From IMG/VR virus record IMGVR_UViG_3300042197_000966, positions 12,226 to 76,225 of that record: a DNA stretch of 64,000 nt; one strand, given 5' to 3'. Shown here one piece after another: positions 36,895-47,188 of the stretch. Below the pieces are notes generated by a model. It saw nothing but the letters and a program-made list of their open reading frames with translations, did no database searches and was not told the DNA's origin. Made by a program: the position numbers and the translations under genes. The first letter of the stretch is position 1; the number at the start of each line of letters is the position of its first letter. The DNA comes from a virus.

Positions 36895-37125
36895 ATGTAC
36901 GGGACTTATTTTATCGTTGTGTTTTTTGCGATCCTAGTAGCATATGCTGGGGTTGAGGAAACTATGAAACTCTTTGCTTATGCTGATCTTCAACTACGCT
37001 ATGCGTTTGTAAGAGTTCAGATGAGATGGATGGGTTGGAAACTCAAGAGGCAACTTGTGAGAGATACAACCGATTTCAAAAAGTTCCTCGCAAATTACGA
37101 AAATGAACACGAAGACCTGCCCTAA
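36895..37125 (+). CDS. Hypothetical membrane protein, 76 aa
   Basis: N-terminal hydrophobic helix; upstream TATAAT at 36868. Confidence 0.65.
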   Translation: MYGTYFIVVFFAILVAYAGVEETMKLFAYADLQLRYAFVRVQMRWMGWKLKRQLVRDTTDFKKFLANYENEHEDLP

Positions 37126-37315
37126 GTGTGGTGCTAATTGGATCAACGAACAGCACTACTGGACGGGAACAAACAAGCCAGGTAATGAACTTGACCTGGC
37201 GGGGTTAGTATGTAACAAGTTGGGAGATGATACTTGTATCAATCCTTGCCGTGGCAAAGAAGGTGGTGTTACATGGGAGAAGAGATTGAAAGAGTTGGAA
37301 GAAGACCACCCCTAA
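37103..37315 (+). CDS. Hypothetical Cys-rich protein, 70 aa
   Basis: CPKCGANW...DLAGLVCN...CINPC. Confidence 0.7.
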   Translation: MNTKTCPKCGANWINEQHYWTGTNKPGNELDLAGLVCNKLGDDTCINPCRGKEGGVTWEKRLKELEEDHP

Positions 37316-37318
37316 ATA
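37313..37318 (+). promoter_or_regulatory. Late promoter core TAAATA for gp17
   Basis: CCTAAATA 22 nt before the gp17 start. Confidence 0.7.
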
Positions 37319-37340
37319 CCAGTAGTGACTAGGTTTTATT

Positions 37341-38993
37341 GTGGCAGCTGGTACTGATGTATATTTGGGTAATCCTAATCTAAAGAAAGCAGGAACCCAA
37401 ATATCATTTACAAAAAAGCAAATCAACGAATGGATCAAGTGTAAAAATGATCCAGTCTATTTTGCTGAAAATTATATTAAGATTATCTCACTAGACGAAG
37501 GATTGGTGCCTTTTGAGATGTATGATTTCCAAAAGAAGATTTTACAGGACTTCCATGAAAACCGATTCAACATCGCAAAACTCCCAAGACAAACTGGAAA
37601 ATCCACTACGGTTGTTGCTTATCTGCTTTATTACGCAATATTCTTTGATAGCGTTAATATTGGCATTCTGGCTAACAAAGCTTCCACATCCAGGGAACTC
37701 CTAAGCAGACTTCAACTTGCTTATGAGAACCTTCCCAGGTGGATGCAGCATGGTGTAGTTGTTTGGAACAAAGGTAATGTCGAACTTGAAAACGGATCAA
37801 AAATTCTGGCATCTTCTACATCTGCGTCTGCTGTCCGAGGCATGTCGTTTAATATCTTGTTCCTCGACGAATTCGCTTTCGTTCCAAACCATGTTGCGGA
37901 GCAATTCTTTGCCTCTGTTTATCCTACTATTACTTCTGGTAAGAGCACAAAAGTCATAATCATTTCAACGCCGAATGGCATGAACCACTTCTACAAGATG
38001 TGGATTGATGCTAAGAACGGAAAGAATGGTTATGTGATGAATGAGGTTCATTGGTCTCAAGTTCCTGGCAGAGACGCTAAGTGGAAAGAAGAGACACTCA
38101 AAAATACATCTGCCAGACAGTTCGCACAAGAGTTTGAATGCGACTTTCTTGGTTCTGCTGATACATTGATCAGTCCAGCCAAGCTTCAAAACATACCATT
38201 TTCTGACCCAATTACATCCAATGCAGGACTTGATATACACGAAAGAGTACAAAAAGATCACGAATACATTATTACTGTTGATGTTGCCAGAGGAATTGGT
38301 GGCGACTATAGTGCTTTCATCGTGTTTGATATCACCACACTGCCGTATAAGGTCGTGGCAAAGTACAGAAATAATGAAATTAAACCTGTATTGTTTCCCT
38401 CGGTCATCCTACAAGTAGCCAAGGAATATAATTTACCATACATCCTAGTAGAAGTAAATGATATTGGTGACAGCATTGCTGCTACATTGAACTATGATTT
38501 GGAGTATCCTAATGTTCTGATGTGTGCCATGAGAGGTAGGGCAGGGCAAATTGTCGGCACTGGTTTCTCTGGCATGAAAACTCAACTTGGTGTAAAGATG
38601 AGTGTGACGGTTAAGAAATTGGGTTGCGCTAATCTCAAAGCAATCATCGAAGAAGATAAATTGATGTTTGGTGATTTTGAGATCCTACAGGAGCTCACTA
38701 CATTCATCCAGAAGAAGATGGCATGGGAAGCAGATGAAGGATATCACGATGACCTTGTAATGTGTCTGGTTCTTTTTGCGTGGTTAGTCATGCAGGAATA
38801 CTTCAAAGAAATGACAGATCAAGATGTTCGTCGTCGTATCTATGAAGAACAAAGAAATCAGATTGAGCAAGACATGGCGCCATTCGGATTTGTTGATGAT
38901 GGTCTTGGTGATGATAGTTTTGTAGATGCTGATGGATCTCTGTGGGAGTATGGAAATACTCAAGAAGAAGTAAGTTACATGTGGAACTATTAA
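37341..38993 (+). CDS. gp17: Terminase large subunit gp17 (GTG start)
   Basis: YLGNPNLKKA; Walker A PRQTGKST; Walker B ILFLDEFAF; DVARG; HDDLVM. Confidence 0.97.
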   Translation: MAAGTDVYLGNPNLKKAGTQISFTKKQINEWIKCKNDPVYFAENYIKIISLDEGLVPFEMYDFQKKILQDFHENRFNIAKLPRQTGKSTTVVAYLLYYAIFFDSVNIGILANKASTSRELLSRLQLAYENLPRWMQHGVVVWNKGNVELENGSKILASSTSASAVRGMSFNILFLDEFAFVPNHVAEQFFASVYPTITSGKSTKVIIISTPNGMNHFYKMWIDAKNGKNGYVMNEVHWSQVPGRDAKWKEETLKNTSARQFAQEFECDFLGSADTLISPAKLQNIPFSDPITSNAGLDIHERVQKDHEYIITVDVARGIGGDYSAFIVFDITTLPYKVVAKYRNNEIKPVLFPSVILQVAKEYNLPYILVEVNDIGDSIAATLNYDLEYPNVLMCAMRGRAGQIVGTGFSGMKTQLGVKMSVTVKKLGCANLKAIIEEDKLMFGDFEILQELTTFIQKKMAWEADEGYHDDLVMCLVLFAWLVMQEYFKEMTDQDVRRRIYEEQRNQIEQDMAPFGFVDDGLGDDSFVDADGSLWEYGNTQEEVSYMWNY

Positions 38994-39217
38994 TGGACTT
39001 AGAAGATCAGTTTTCTCTAGAGCATCTCATTTTCAAGGAGAGAAAATGTAGAACTTGTAACAAAGAAAAAGATCTCCTTACAGATTTTTATTTGATCAGA
39101 AAAAATAAAAGACCATTTCCATCAGCATATTCATACGAATGTAAAGCATGTACAGTCAAAAGAATTATTGAAGCAAGGAAGAAAGATCCTGGCACATGGT
39201 TATATCCTGACTGGTAG
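38993..39217 (+). CDS. Small Zn-finger protein resembling an endonuclease N-terminal domain
   Basis: CRTC...FY...YSYECKAC...YPDW. Confidence 0.7.
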   Translation: MDLEDQFSLEHLIFKERKCRTCNKEKDLLTDFYLIRKNKRPFPSAYSYECKACTVKRIIEARKKDPGTWLYPDW

Positions 39218-39259
39218 AGTGTTCATGCGTTGTTTCCCCCTCTGAACATTACTAATTTC

Positions 39260-39265
39260 TAAATA
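39260..39265 (+). promoter_or_regulatory. Late promoter core TAAATA for gp18
   Basis: CTAAATAG upstream of the GAGG RBS of gp18. Confidence 0.7.
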
Positions 39266-39300
39266 GATTTAGATAAATTTGATATCTAAGAGGTAAACAA

Positions 39301-41214
39301 ATGGCAAGTCAAGTCTCGCCTGGTGTTGTTATTAAGGAACGTGATTTATCCAATGCTGTAGTAACTGGAGCACTCGCTATTCGTGCTGCTTTTGCCACTA
39401 CATTTCGCACTGGACCAGTAGGCAAAGTAATCAATGTCAATTCAGAAAGAGAACTAATTGACACCTTCGGAACACCAGCTGAGGCAAATGCTTCCGATTG
39501 GTTAGTAGGAGCAGAATTCCTCCGCTACGGTGGACAACTAGCAGTTCTTCGCGCAGCAACAACTGTAAAGAACGCAACCAAGAGTGGCACTGGAGTTCTA
39601 ATCTCAACAAAAGAAGCATTTGATGCTGGTGTTACAACAGAAAAATTTGCTGCTCGTTACGCAGGAACAGAGGGTAACTACTATCGTGTAGTTATTCTTG
39701 ATCGTGGTGCTGATTATAAAGTAACCAAAACTGCTCATGGACTGACAGTTGGTGGAACTTTTACAGCAGCAAACACCACAACTCATGAAGTATACAAGGT
39801 AATTGATGCTGATAATTTCCTAATCGTTAAAGGTTCTGGAGTTCCAAACAGTGGTGGTGGAGCAACAGTTGCTGCTTACACAAATTCCGATTGGAATGCT
39901 GAGGCAATTGGATCAACTGGTTTGACCTTTAAGGCAATCGGTCCTCGTCCTGGCACTTCACCTTGGGCAGCAGAGCGTTATCTTTCATATGACGAAGTTC
40001 ATCTTGCTGTAATTGATGAGAGAGACAACACAGTTGTTGAGCGTTTCACATATCTTTCAAAGATCTCTGATGCTAAGTCACCAGAAGGAAATTCAACATA
40101 CTGGAAGTCAGCAATCAATGAATTTTCAAACTACATCTATGCTGGTCAAGATTTAAGTTCTGCTGAGATCACCACTGCTGGTGAAAATCCTGGTGGAACT
40201 GCTGCTTCCTATGGTGCTACATCTGGCGCTCCTCTAGAGTTATCAAGAATTCTCCAGAGTGCTGGTGGAGCTCTATCAGGTGGTGTTGATGATTACGCAT
40301 ACACTGCTGGAGAAATTCAAGCAGCATACGATGCTTTCCTTGATACAGAAGAGACCCAAATTGACTTTGTTCTAATGGGCGGTTCAATGAGCAACGAAAC
40401 CGATACCGTTGCCAAGGCACAAGCAGTTGCTGCTATCGCAAATAGCAGAAAAGATTGTGTTGCTTTCCTCTCACCATACGTTGGTAATCAGGTAGCTACT
40501 TCTGGTGGTGCTGCTATTACGGCATCTACTCAACTAGCAAATACTATCGCATTCTTTGACAACATTGCTTCAAGCTCATATGTTGTTCTTGATAGTGGTG
40601 TCAAGTATACCTACGATCGTTTCAACGATAAGTATCGTTACATCGGTTGTAACGGTGATGTTGCTGGACTTTGTGTTTCAACCTCGGCAATTCTAGATGA
40701 CTGGTTCTCACCAGCAGGTCTAAATCGTGGTGGTGTTCAGAATGTTGTGAAGCTTGCTTTCAATCCAAACAAAGCAGCAAGAGATGATCTCTACAGCAAC
40801 AGAATTAACCCAATCGTTTCACTTCCTGGTTCTGGTCCTGTTCTCTTTGGAGACAAGACTGGTCTTGCTTCACCTTCCGCATTTGATAGAATTAACGTTC
40901 GTCGTTTGTTCCTCAATGTTGAGAAGAGAGCAAAGGCACTTGCTGAAGCAGTGCTCTTTGAGCAAAATGATAGCACCACTCGTTCAAACTTCAGTGCTTC
41001 AATTTCGTCATATCTTTCTGAAGTTCAAGCACGTAGAGGTGTCACTGACTTCCTAGTTGTTTGCGATGAAACAAATAACACTCCAGAAGTCATTGACAGA
41101 AATGAGTTTGTGGCTGAACTCTACCTCAAGCCAACCCGCTCAATCAACTATGTAACGGTTACCGTAACGGCAACCAGAACGGGCGTTTCCTTCTCGGAAG
41201 TCGTTGGTAGATAA
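39301..41214 (+). CDS. gp18: Tail sheath protein gp18
   Basis: SPGVVIKERDL; WFSPAGLNRG; AFDRINVRRLF; LKPTRSINYV. Confidence 0.97.
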   Translation: MASQVSPGVVIKERDLSNAVVTGALAIRAAFATTFRTGPVGKVINVNSERELIDTFGTPAEANASDWLVGAEFLRYGGQLAVLRAATTVKNATKSGTGVLISTKEAFDAGVTTEKFAARYAGTEGNYYRVVILDRGADYKVTKTAHGLTVGGTFTAANTTTHEVYKVIDADNFLIVKGSGVPNSGGGATVAAYTNSDWNAEAIGSTGLTFKAIGPRPGTSPWAAERYLSYDEVHLAVIDERDNTVVERFTYLSKISDAKSPEGNSTYWKSAINEFSNYIYAGQDLSSAEITTAGENPGGTAASYGATSGAPLELSRILQSAGGALSGGVDDYAYTAGEIQAAYDAFLDTEETQIDFVLMGGSMSNETDTVAKAQAVAAIANSRKDCVAFLSPYVGNQVATSGGAAITASTQLANTIAFFDNIASSSYVVLDSGVKYTYDRFNDKYRYIGCNGDVAGLCVSTSAILDDWFSPAGLNRGGVQNVVKLAFNPNKAARDDLYSNRINPIVSLPGSGPVLFGDKTGLASPSAFDRINVRRLFLNVEKRAKALAEAVLFEQNDSTTRSNFSASISSYLSEVQARRGVTDFLVVCDETNNTPEVIDRNEFVAELYLKPTRSINYVTVTVTATRTGVSFSEVVGR

Positions 41215-41251
41215 TTAGTAGTATAAGAAAAAATCACAGAGGTAACCACTA

Positions 41252-41839
41252 ATGGCATCGTCAAACGTAAGTCAGTTCCTACAAACTATCGGTCAGGGCG
41301 TGAAGCCCAACATGTTCCTGATTGATGTTCAGTTTCCTGCCACGCTATCAAAGCAGTCAGAAGATCAAAATCTTACAAATCTACTTTGTAAGTCAGCAGC
41401 ACTTCCAGGTTCAAACCTAGGTGTTATTGAAGTTCCTTTCCGTGGAAGAACAGTTAAGATCGCAGGTGATCGCACCTTTGATACTTGGACTACCACATTC
41501 TTCAACGATAAGGATTTCAAACTACGCTCATTCTTTGAGCAGTGGGCAAATAGCATCAATACTCATGAGGGCAATACTGCTCCTCTATTTGTTCCTAACA
41601 ATTCTTCAGGTTACATGGCTGACCTTGGAGTTAAGCAACTAGAGAAAGATGCTAGCGAAGAAGGTGCTATCTTAAGAGCATACACTCTTAAGTATTGCTT
41701 CCCAACTAATGTTTCTCAAATTGACGTTGCTTATGATAGCAATGATCAGATTGAAGAGTTCACAGTTGAGTGGCAGTATTCATACTTCACCGCTGAGGCA
41801 GGAACCAGACAGGGCGTATCTTCACTTCCAGTAGTCTGA
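41252..41839 (+). CDS. gp19: Tail tube protein gp19
   Basis: VPFRGRTVKIAGDRTFDTW; IEEFTVEW. Confidence 0.97.
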   Translation: MASSNVSQFLQTIGQGVKPNMFLIDVQFPATLSKQSEDQNLTNLLCKSAALPGSNLGVIEVPFRGRTVKIAGDRTFDTWTTTFFNDKDFKLRSFFEQWANSINTHEGNTAPLFVPNNSSGYMADLGVKQLEKDASEEGAILRAYTLKYCFPTNVSQIDVAYDSNDQIEEFTVEWQYSYFTAEAGTRQGVSSLPVV

Positions 41840-41845
41840 TAAATA
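41840..41845 (+). promoter_or_regulatory. Late promoter core TAAATA for gp20
   Basis: GATAAATAG immediately after the gp19 stop. Confidence 0.7.
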
Positions 41846-41874
41846 GTTGGAAGCAGTAATTTGAATAACTAATC

Positions 41875-43584
41875 ATGAGTCAACTATTTGGCTTCCAAAT
41901 TAATCGCAAGGAGGCACAGAAGGGTCAGTCCCCTGTGCCTCCTTCTGCTGACGAACCAATTGCGGTTGCGGCTGGCGGTTATTATGGAACATATGTAGAA
42001 ACGGATAATGCTTCTCAAGCTCGCAATGAGTTTGAGTTGATCCGTCGTTATCGTGACATGGCACTTCATCCAGAGGTTGATAGTGCTGTTGATGAAGTTG
42101 TAAATGAATTTGTAGTTAGCGATGCCAATGACAGTCCAGTAGAAATCAACTTAGATAACTTAGAAGTTGGATCTGGAGTAAAAAATAAAATTAGAAATGA
42201 ATTTGATTATATTAAACGTCTTTTAAATTTTGATAATCGCGCACATGAGATTGTGCGTAACTGGTATATTGACGGTAGAGTATTCTACCACAAAGTAATT
42301 GATCTAGACAATCCAAAGAAAGGTATTACGGAACTTCGTTACATTGATCCAATGAAGATCAAGAAGGTCCGCCAAAAGATTGACGATAAACCAAAAGATT
42401 CTCTTGCTCGTGCTGCTATCAAAGGAACAGCACTTGAGTATGAGTATGGAACATTCGTAGATTATTATTTGTTTAATCCAAAAGGTTTTTATCAAGGTGG
42501 TGTCCTAGGACCAATTGGTGACATGTCACTTTCACAAGGAGTGAAGATGGCAGTTGATAGTGTCACATTTATTCCTTCTGGATTACAAGATCTTAATAAG
42601 CGCATGACGCTGAGCTTTCTCCATAAAGCAATCAAGTCTCTCAATCAATTGAGAATGATTGAAGATAGTTTGGTAATCTACAGATTGTCACGCGCACCAG
42701 AACGTAGAATTTTTTACATTGATGTAGGCAATCTTCCGAAGGTAAAAGCAGAACAATACCTCCGCGATGTAATGTCTCGTTACAGAAACAAACTTGTTTA
42801 TGATTCATCAACTGGAGAGATGCGTGATGATAAAAAGCATATGTCAATGCTTGAAGATTTCTGGTTACCTCGTCGTGAAGGTGGTAGAGGAACTGAGATC
42901 ACTACACTACCAGGCGGTCAAAACCTTGGTGAGCTCAAGGATGTTGAGTATTTCAAAAAGAAACTTTACAACTCACTCAACCTACCACCTTCCCGCCTTA
43001 CGGATGACAACAAGGGGTTTAATCTTGGTAAGACCACAGAGGTTCTCAGGGATGAACTCAAGTTTGCTAAGTTCATCGGTCGTCTCCGCAAGCGTTTCAG
43101 CGAACTATTCCAAGATATTCTCAAGACACAACTAATCCTCAAGGGTATCATCTCACCAGAAGATTGGGATGATATGAAAGAGCATATCCAATACGACTTC
43201 TTATTTGATAATCATTTCAACGAACTGAAAGAAATTGAAATGATGACCCAGCGTATTGCCATTGTTACACAGATGGATCCTTTTGTTGGCAAATACTACT
43301 CAGTAGAATATATACGCAAGCATATTCTCAATCAAACTGAAAAAGAATTCAAGGAGATTGATAAACAGATGAAGGGAGAGATCGCATCTGGTCTTGCGAT
43401 TGATCCAGTCCAGACAAATATGATGGATACAATGTCACAACAAAATACTGCGTTCGGTCCAGAATTACAAGGTATTCAAGCAGATGATAGTGCTGCCAGA
43501 GAACAAGAAGCTGCTGACGCAAACATGGACAGAGAGATGGAAAAGATGAAGGCACAACCTACACCTGCGCCAAAGTCTAAATAA
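41875..43584 (+). CDS. gp20: Portal vertex protein gp20
   Basis: YRLSRAPERRIFYIDVGNLPK; MLEDFWLPRREGGRGTEITTLPGG. Confidence 0.98.
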   Translation: MSQLFGFQINRKEAQKGQSPVPPSADEPIAVAAGGYYGTYVETDNASQARNEFELIRRYRDMALHPEVDSAVDEVVNEFVVSDANDSPVEINLDNLEVGSGVKNKIRNEFDYIKRLLNFDNRAHEIVRNWYIDGRVFYHKVIDLDNPKKGITELRYIDPMKIKKVRQKIDDKPKDSLARAAIKGTALEYEYGTFVDYYLFNPKGFYQGGVLGPIGDMSLSQGVKMAVDSVTFIPSGLQDLNKRMTLSFLHKAIKSLNQLRMIEDSLVIYRLSRAPERRIFYIDVGNLPKVKAEQYLRDVMSRYRNKLVYDSSTGEMRDDKKHMSMLEDFWLPRREGGRGTEITTLPGGQNLGELKDVEYFKKKLYNSLNLPPSRLTDDNKGFNLGKTTEVLRDELKFAKFIGRLRKRFSELFQDILKTQLILKGIISPEDWDDMKEHIQYDFLFDNHFNELKEIEMMTQRIAIVTQMDPFVGKYYSVEYIRKHILNQTEKEFKEIDKQMKGEIASGLAIDPVQTNMMDTMSQQNTAFGPELQGIQADDSAAREQEAADANMDREMEKMKAQPTPAPKSK

Positions 43585-43605
43585 ATTATATATTGTTATC
43601 TTATC

Positions 43606-43815
43606 ATGACTGAAACTAATAACGAAATGGGCGCCGTTGATATTGTTGGCAAGATCAGCGATAACGACAGAGCATCCGCTATTGACGCAATCCATGACAT
43701 GTTATTTGCTAAAGCATCTGATGCTATGGCAACTTACAAGCAAGTGGTAGCGAAAACTTTCTTTGACGAACCAACCGAGACCGAAACCGATGAAACTGAT
43801 AACGGAACAGATTGA
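43606..43815 (+). CDS. Small acidic prohead core-like protein (gp67/gp68 position)
   Basis: Between gp20 and gp21; TAAATA at 43578-43583. Confidence 0.7.
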   Translation: MTETNNEMGAVDIVGKISDNDRASAIDAIHDMLFAKASDAMATYKQVVAKTFFDEPTETETDETDNGTD

Positions 43816-44434
43816 GGACGTAAAAGTTCTCACAGAAGAAAAGAATGGAAAGAAACTTCTTTACATTGAAGGTATCTTTCTTCAATCCGAACTCAAGAAC
43901 CGCAATGGTCGCATGTATCCATTCGATGTTCTCAACCGTGAGGTAGAGAGATACAACGAAGAATATGTAAAGTCAAAGAGAGCTCTTGGAGAACTAGGAC
44001 ACCCAGATGGTCCTACTATCAATCTTGATAGAGTGTCACATAGAATTGTTGAACTCCGCGCAGAAGGACACAACTTCTATGGAAAGGCACAAATTCTAGA
44101 TACCCCCATGGGACAGATTGCTAAGTCACTTCTTGGTGAAGGAGTACAACTTGGTGTTTCATCTCGTGGTATGGGTAGCATTGACAAGAGAGAAGATATC
44201 TCAATTGTCCGCGACGATTTCTTCCTCACCACCGCTGCTGATATTGTAGCAGATCCTTCCGCACCAGATGCTTTTGTCAATGGCATCATGGAAGGCAAAG
44301 AGTGGATTTGGGAAAACGGAATTCTCAAGGAAGCGAAAGTAGATAAATACCGCAAGTATATTGATGAGGCAACTCGTCAAAATATGGAAGCGAGAACGCT
44401 CAAAGTCTTTGAGCATTTCCTCTCAAATCTTTGA
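43790..44434 (+). CDS. gp21: Prohead protease gp21
   Basis: MKLITE; RALGELGHP; LGVSSRGMGS; DIVADPSAPDAFV. Confidence 0.97.
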   Translation: MKLITEQIEDVKVLTEEKNGKKLLYIEGIFLQSELKNRNGRMYPFDVLNREVERYNEEYVKSKRALGELGHPDGPTINLDRVSHRIVELRAEGHNFYGKAQILDTPMGQIAKSLLGEGVQLGVSSRGMGSIDKREDISIVRDDFFLTTAADIVADPSAPDAFVNGIMEGKEWIWENGILKEAKVDKYRKYIDEATRQNMEARTLKVFEHFLSNL

Positions 44435-44439
44435 TTTCA

Positions 44440-44445
44440 TAAATA
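44440..44445 (+). promoter_or_regulatory. Late promoter core TAAATA for gp22-gp23
   Basis: CATAAATAAA in the intergenic gap. Confidence 0.7.
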
Positions 44446-44485
44446 AACTTAGAATAATTATACGGAAATTACGAGGTAAACTCAA

Positions 44486-45646
44486 ATGTCAGATATGCTA
44501 AACGAAAAGTTTGAAGAGTTTGTTGCTGAGCAAAAAGTTATTCTGGAAGCTGGCGATCCAATGCCGACTGTTCAAGCTTCTGTGATCCCTGGTGCTGGCA
44601 GCGACCCTTCACAGGTTTCTGACGTTCAGACTGCGAAGGCTGGCGGAAAGGATCCACAACCAACCGTCCAACCTTCGGTTGCGATCGGTCAATCAGCTCC
44701 TGCTGATCTTGGCGGTTCAACTTCCGCGCCACTTCATTCCAACGATGAAGATGGTGAAGAGAACCCAGGTGCGAAAGCAGCAGCACCTATCTCGCAAATT
44801 TCTGGTGATCCTCAGTTCGCAGCAAAGAAAGATGCTGGCGATCAAGGAACTCAACCAACAGTAAATGTTGCCGCAGCATACGGCATCACTAAGATGGGCG
44901 GAAATGTCACATATCCAATCAAAGCTGGATTTGAAATTGACATGACCGACGACGTAAATGCTCTCCTTGAGGGCACTGAACTCTCTGAAGAGTTTGCTGA
45001 GAAAGCAAAGACAATCTTTGAAGCAGCAGTAACAGCAAAACTCAACGCAGAGTATGACAAGCTTGTAGAGCACTTTGCCAATGAACTAGATAAGCAAGTT
45101 GAAGAAATCAAGAACGAACTTGCTGAAGAAGTTAATGGCACTGTGACCTACGCCATTGGTCAGTGGATGGAAGAAAATCAAGTTGCCATTGACCGTGGTA
45201 TCAGAAATGAGATTACCGAAGACTTCATCGCAGGTCTCAAGGGTCTCTTTGAAGAGCACTACATTTCGATCCCCGACGATAAAGTTGATGTGGTCGAAGG
45301 TATGGCTGAATCAATTCGTGAAATGGAAGAGCGCCTCGACGAACAGGTTAAGGCTAATGTGAAACTACAAAATCGTCTGAATGAGACTGCCAAAATCAAC
45401 ATTCTGAACATTGTTTCGGAAGGACTAGCAGATACTCAGAAAGAAAAACTTGCAGCACTTGCTGAAGGTTTAGATTTCGTTTCGGAAGAAGATTTCTCCA
45501 GAAAGGTGAAAACCATTAAGGAGTCATACTTCAAAGAATCAATCGCAACTCCAGCAGAAACTGTAGATGAAACACCAGTGGAAGGTCAGGAAGTATCACC
45601 AGCAATGGCAGCATACCTCCAGGCACTAAACCGCTGGGGTAACTGA
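44486..45646 (+). CDS. gp22: Prohead core scaffold gp22
   Basis: ELSEEFAEKAKTIFEAAV; WMEEN; GLKGLFEEHYI; TIKESYF. Confidence 0.95.
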   Translation: MSDMLNEKFEEFVAEQKVILEAGDPMPTVQASVIPGAGSDPSQVSDVQTAKAGGKDPQPTVQPSVAIGQSAPADLGGSTSAPLHSNDEDGEENPGAKAAAPISQISGDPQFAAKKDAGDQGTQPTVNVAAAYGITKMGGNVTYPIKAGFEIDMTDDVNALLEGTELSEEFAEKAKTIFEAAVTAKLNAEYDKLVEHFANELDKQVEEIKNELAEEVNGTVTYAIGQWMEENQVAIDRGIRNEITEDFIAGLKGLFEEHYISIPDDKVDVVEGMAESIREMEERLDEQVKANVKLQNRLNETAKINILNIVSEGLADTQKEKLAALAEGLDFVSEEDFSRKVKTIKESYFKESIATPAETVDETPVEGQEVSPAMAAYLQALNRWGN

Positions 45647-45684
45647 TAATTTATTAATCCCTCAATTTTCAACGGAGCAAACCA

Positions 45685-47109
45685 ATGTTTAACGCACAAG
45701 CTCTAACCGAAAAGTGGGCACCTGTTCTAGGTCATGAAGGCGCTGGCGCTATCAAGGACAATTATAGAAAGGCTGTTACCGCTGTTCTGTTAGAAAACAC
45801 AGAAAAAGCACTACGCGAAGAGCGTGGTATGATCAACGAAGCATCCAACACTGTTGGTGCTATCGGTTCTAACGCACTTTCGGGTAGCGCACTAGGAACC
45901 CAAACTGGTGGTCTCGCAGGTTTCGATCCTGTCATGATCTCCCTAATCCGCAGAGCAATGCCTAACCTCGTTGCTTATGATATCTGCGGTGTTCAACCAA
46001 TGAGCGGTCCTACTGGACTAATCTTCGCAATGAAGTATCACTATCAGGAAAATGGTTCAGCTCTTCGTGCTGGTCCAGAAGCTCTCTACAACGAGCCTGA
46101 TAGCAACTTCTCTGCTTCTTCAGCAGGTTCTGCTGTTTATAACCAGACCAACGCTGCTGGTGGCGACGACACTCACCCAAGAGGTGATGGTGGTACTACC
46201 GATGCTAACCCTGGTCTTCTAAACGACAGCGGCACCTACGAGCGTGGCGCAACCGCTATTCCTCGTGAAACCGCAGAAGTTCTAGGTTCTGGCGCTACTC
46301 TCTTCAACGAGATGAGCTTCAGCATCGAGAAGACTTCGGTACAAGCACGTACCAGAGCACTCAAGGCAGAATACACCCTAGAACTAGCACAAGACCTCAA
46401 GGCAATCCATGGTCTTGATGCTGAGCAAGAGCTCGCTAACCTACTCTCCAGCGAAATCCTCGCTGAGATCAACCGTGAAGTTGTAAGAACAGTTTACACC
46501 GTTGCTAAGCCTGGTGCTCAGAACAACGTTGCTAACGCTGGTATCTTCGACCTCGACGTTGACTCAAACGGTCGTTGGTCAGTTGAGAAGTTCAAGGGTC
46601 TTATGTTCCAAGTTGAGCGCGATGCTAACGCTATTGCTCAGCAAACCCGTCGTGGTAAGGGCAACTTCATCATCACTTCTGCTGATGTTGCTTCTGCTCT
46701 CGCTATGAGCGGCACCCTAGACTATACCTCTGGTCTCTCTGGCGCTGGTGGTCCTTCCATCGGTGAAGTAGATGACACTGGTAACCTCCTTGTCGGAACC
46801 ATGAACGGCAGAATTAAGGTCTATGTTGATCCTTATTCAGCAAACGTTTCCAGCAACCACTACTATGTTGTTGGTTACAAGGGTTCTTCACCATATGACG
46901 CAGGTCTATTCTACTGCCCATATGTTCCCCTCCAGATGCTCCGTTCGATTGATCCTAACACCTTCCAGCCTAAGATTGGCTTCAAGACCCGTTACGGAAT
47001 GGTTGCTAACCCATTCGTCGTTCAGTCGAATGGCACCCCAGATGCAGAGACCCTCACTGCTAACCGCAACCAGTACTACAGAAGAGTACTCGTTAAGAAC
47101 CTCATGTGA
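45685..47109 (+). CDS. gp23: Major capsid protein gp23
   Basis: LIRRAMPNLVAYDICGVQPMSGPTGLIFAM; RALKAEYTLELAQDLKAIHGLDAEQEL; FQPKIGFKTRYG. Confidence 0.99.
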   Translation: MFNAQALTEKWAPVLGHEGAGAIKDNYRKAVTAVLLENTEKALREERGMINEASNTVGAIGSNALSGSALGTQTGGLAGFDPVMISLIRRAMPNLVAYDICGVQPMSGPTGLIFAMKYHYQENGSALRAGPEALYNEPDSNFSASSAGSAVYNQTNAAGGDDTHPRGDGGTTDANPGLLNDSGTYERGATAIPRETAEVLGSGATLFNEMSFSIEKTSVQARTRALKAEYTLELAQDLKAIHGLDAEQELANLLSSEILAEINREVVRTVYTVAKPGAQNNVANAGIFDLDVDSNGRWSVEKFKGLMFQVERDANAIAQQTRRGKGNFIITSADVASALAMSGTLDYTSGLSGAGGPSIGEVDDTGNLLVGTMNGRIKVYVDPYSANVSSNHYYVVGYKGSSPYDAGLFYCPYVPLQMLRSIDPNTFQPKIGFKTRYGMVANPFVVQSNGTPDAETLTANRNQYYRRVLVKNLM

Positions 47110-47130
47110 TCCATTCACAATTCAACACAC

Positions 47131-47158
47131 AGGGGACCCGAAAGGGTCCCTTTTTTTG
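47131..47158 (+). terminator. Rho-independent terminator after gp23
   Basis: GGGACCC-GAAA-GGGTCCC followed by TTTTTTT; two TAAATA cores follow at 47159 and 47166. Confidence 0.92.
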
Positions 47159-47188
47159 TAAATAGTAAATAGCATTTTTTATTAAGTT

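Noticed and set aside
36805-36895. NtcA binding sites (GTA-N8-TAC)
   Set aside because: The GTA...TAC pairs seen have 6- or 9-nt spacers, not 8.
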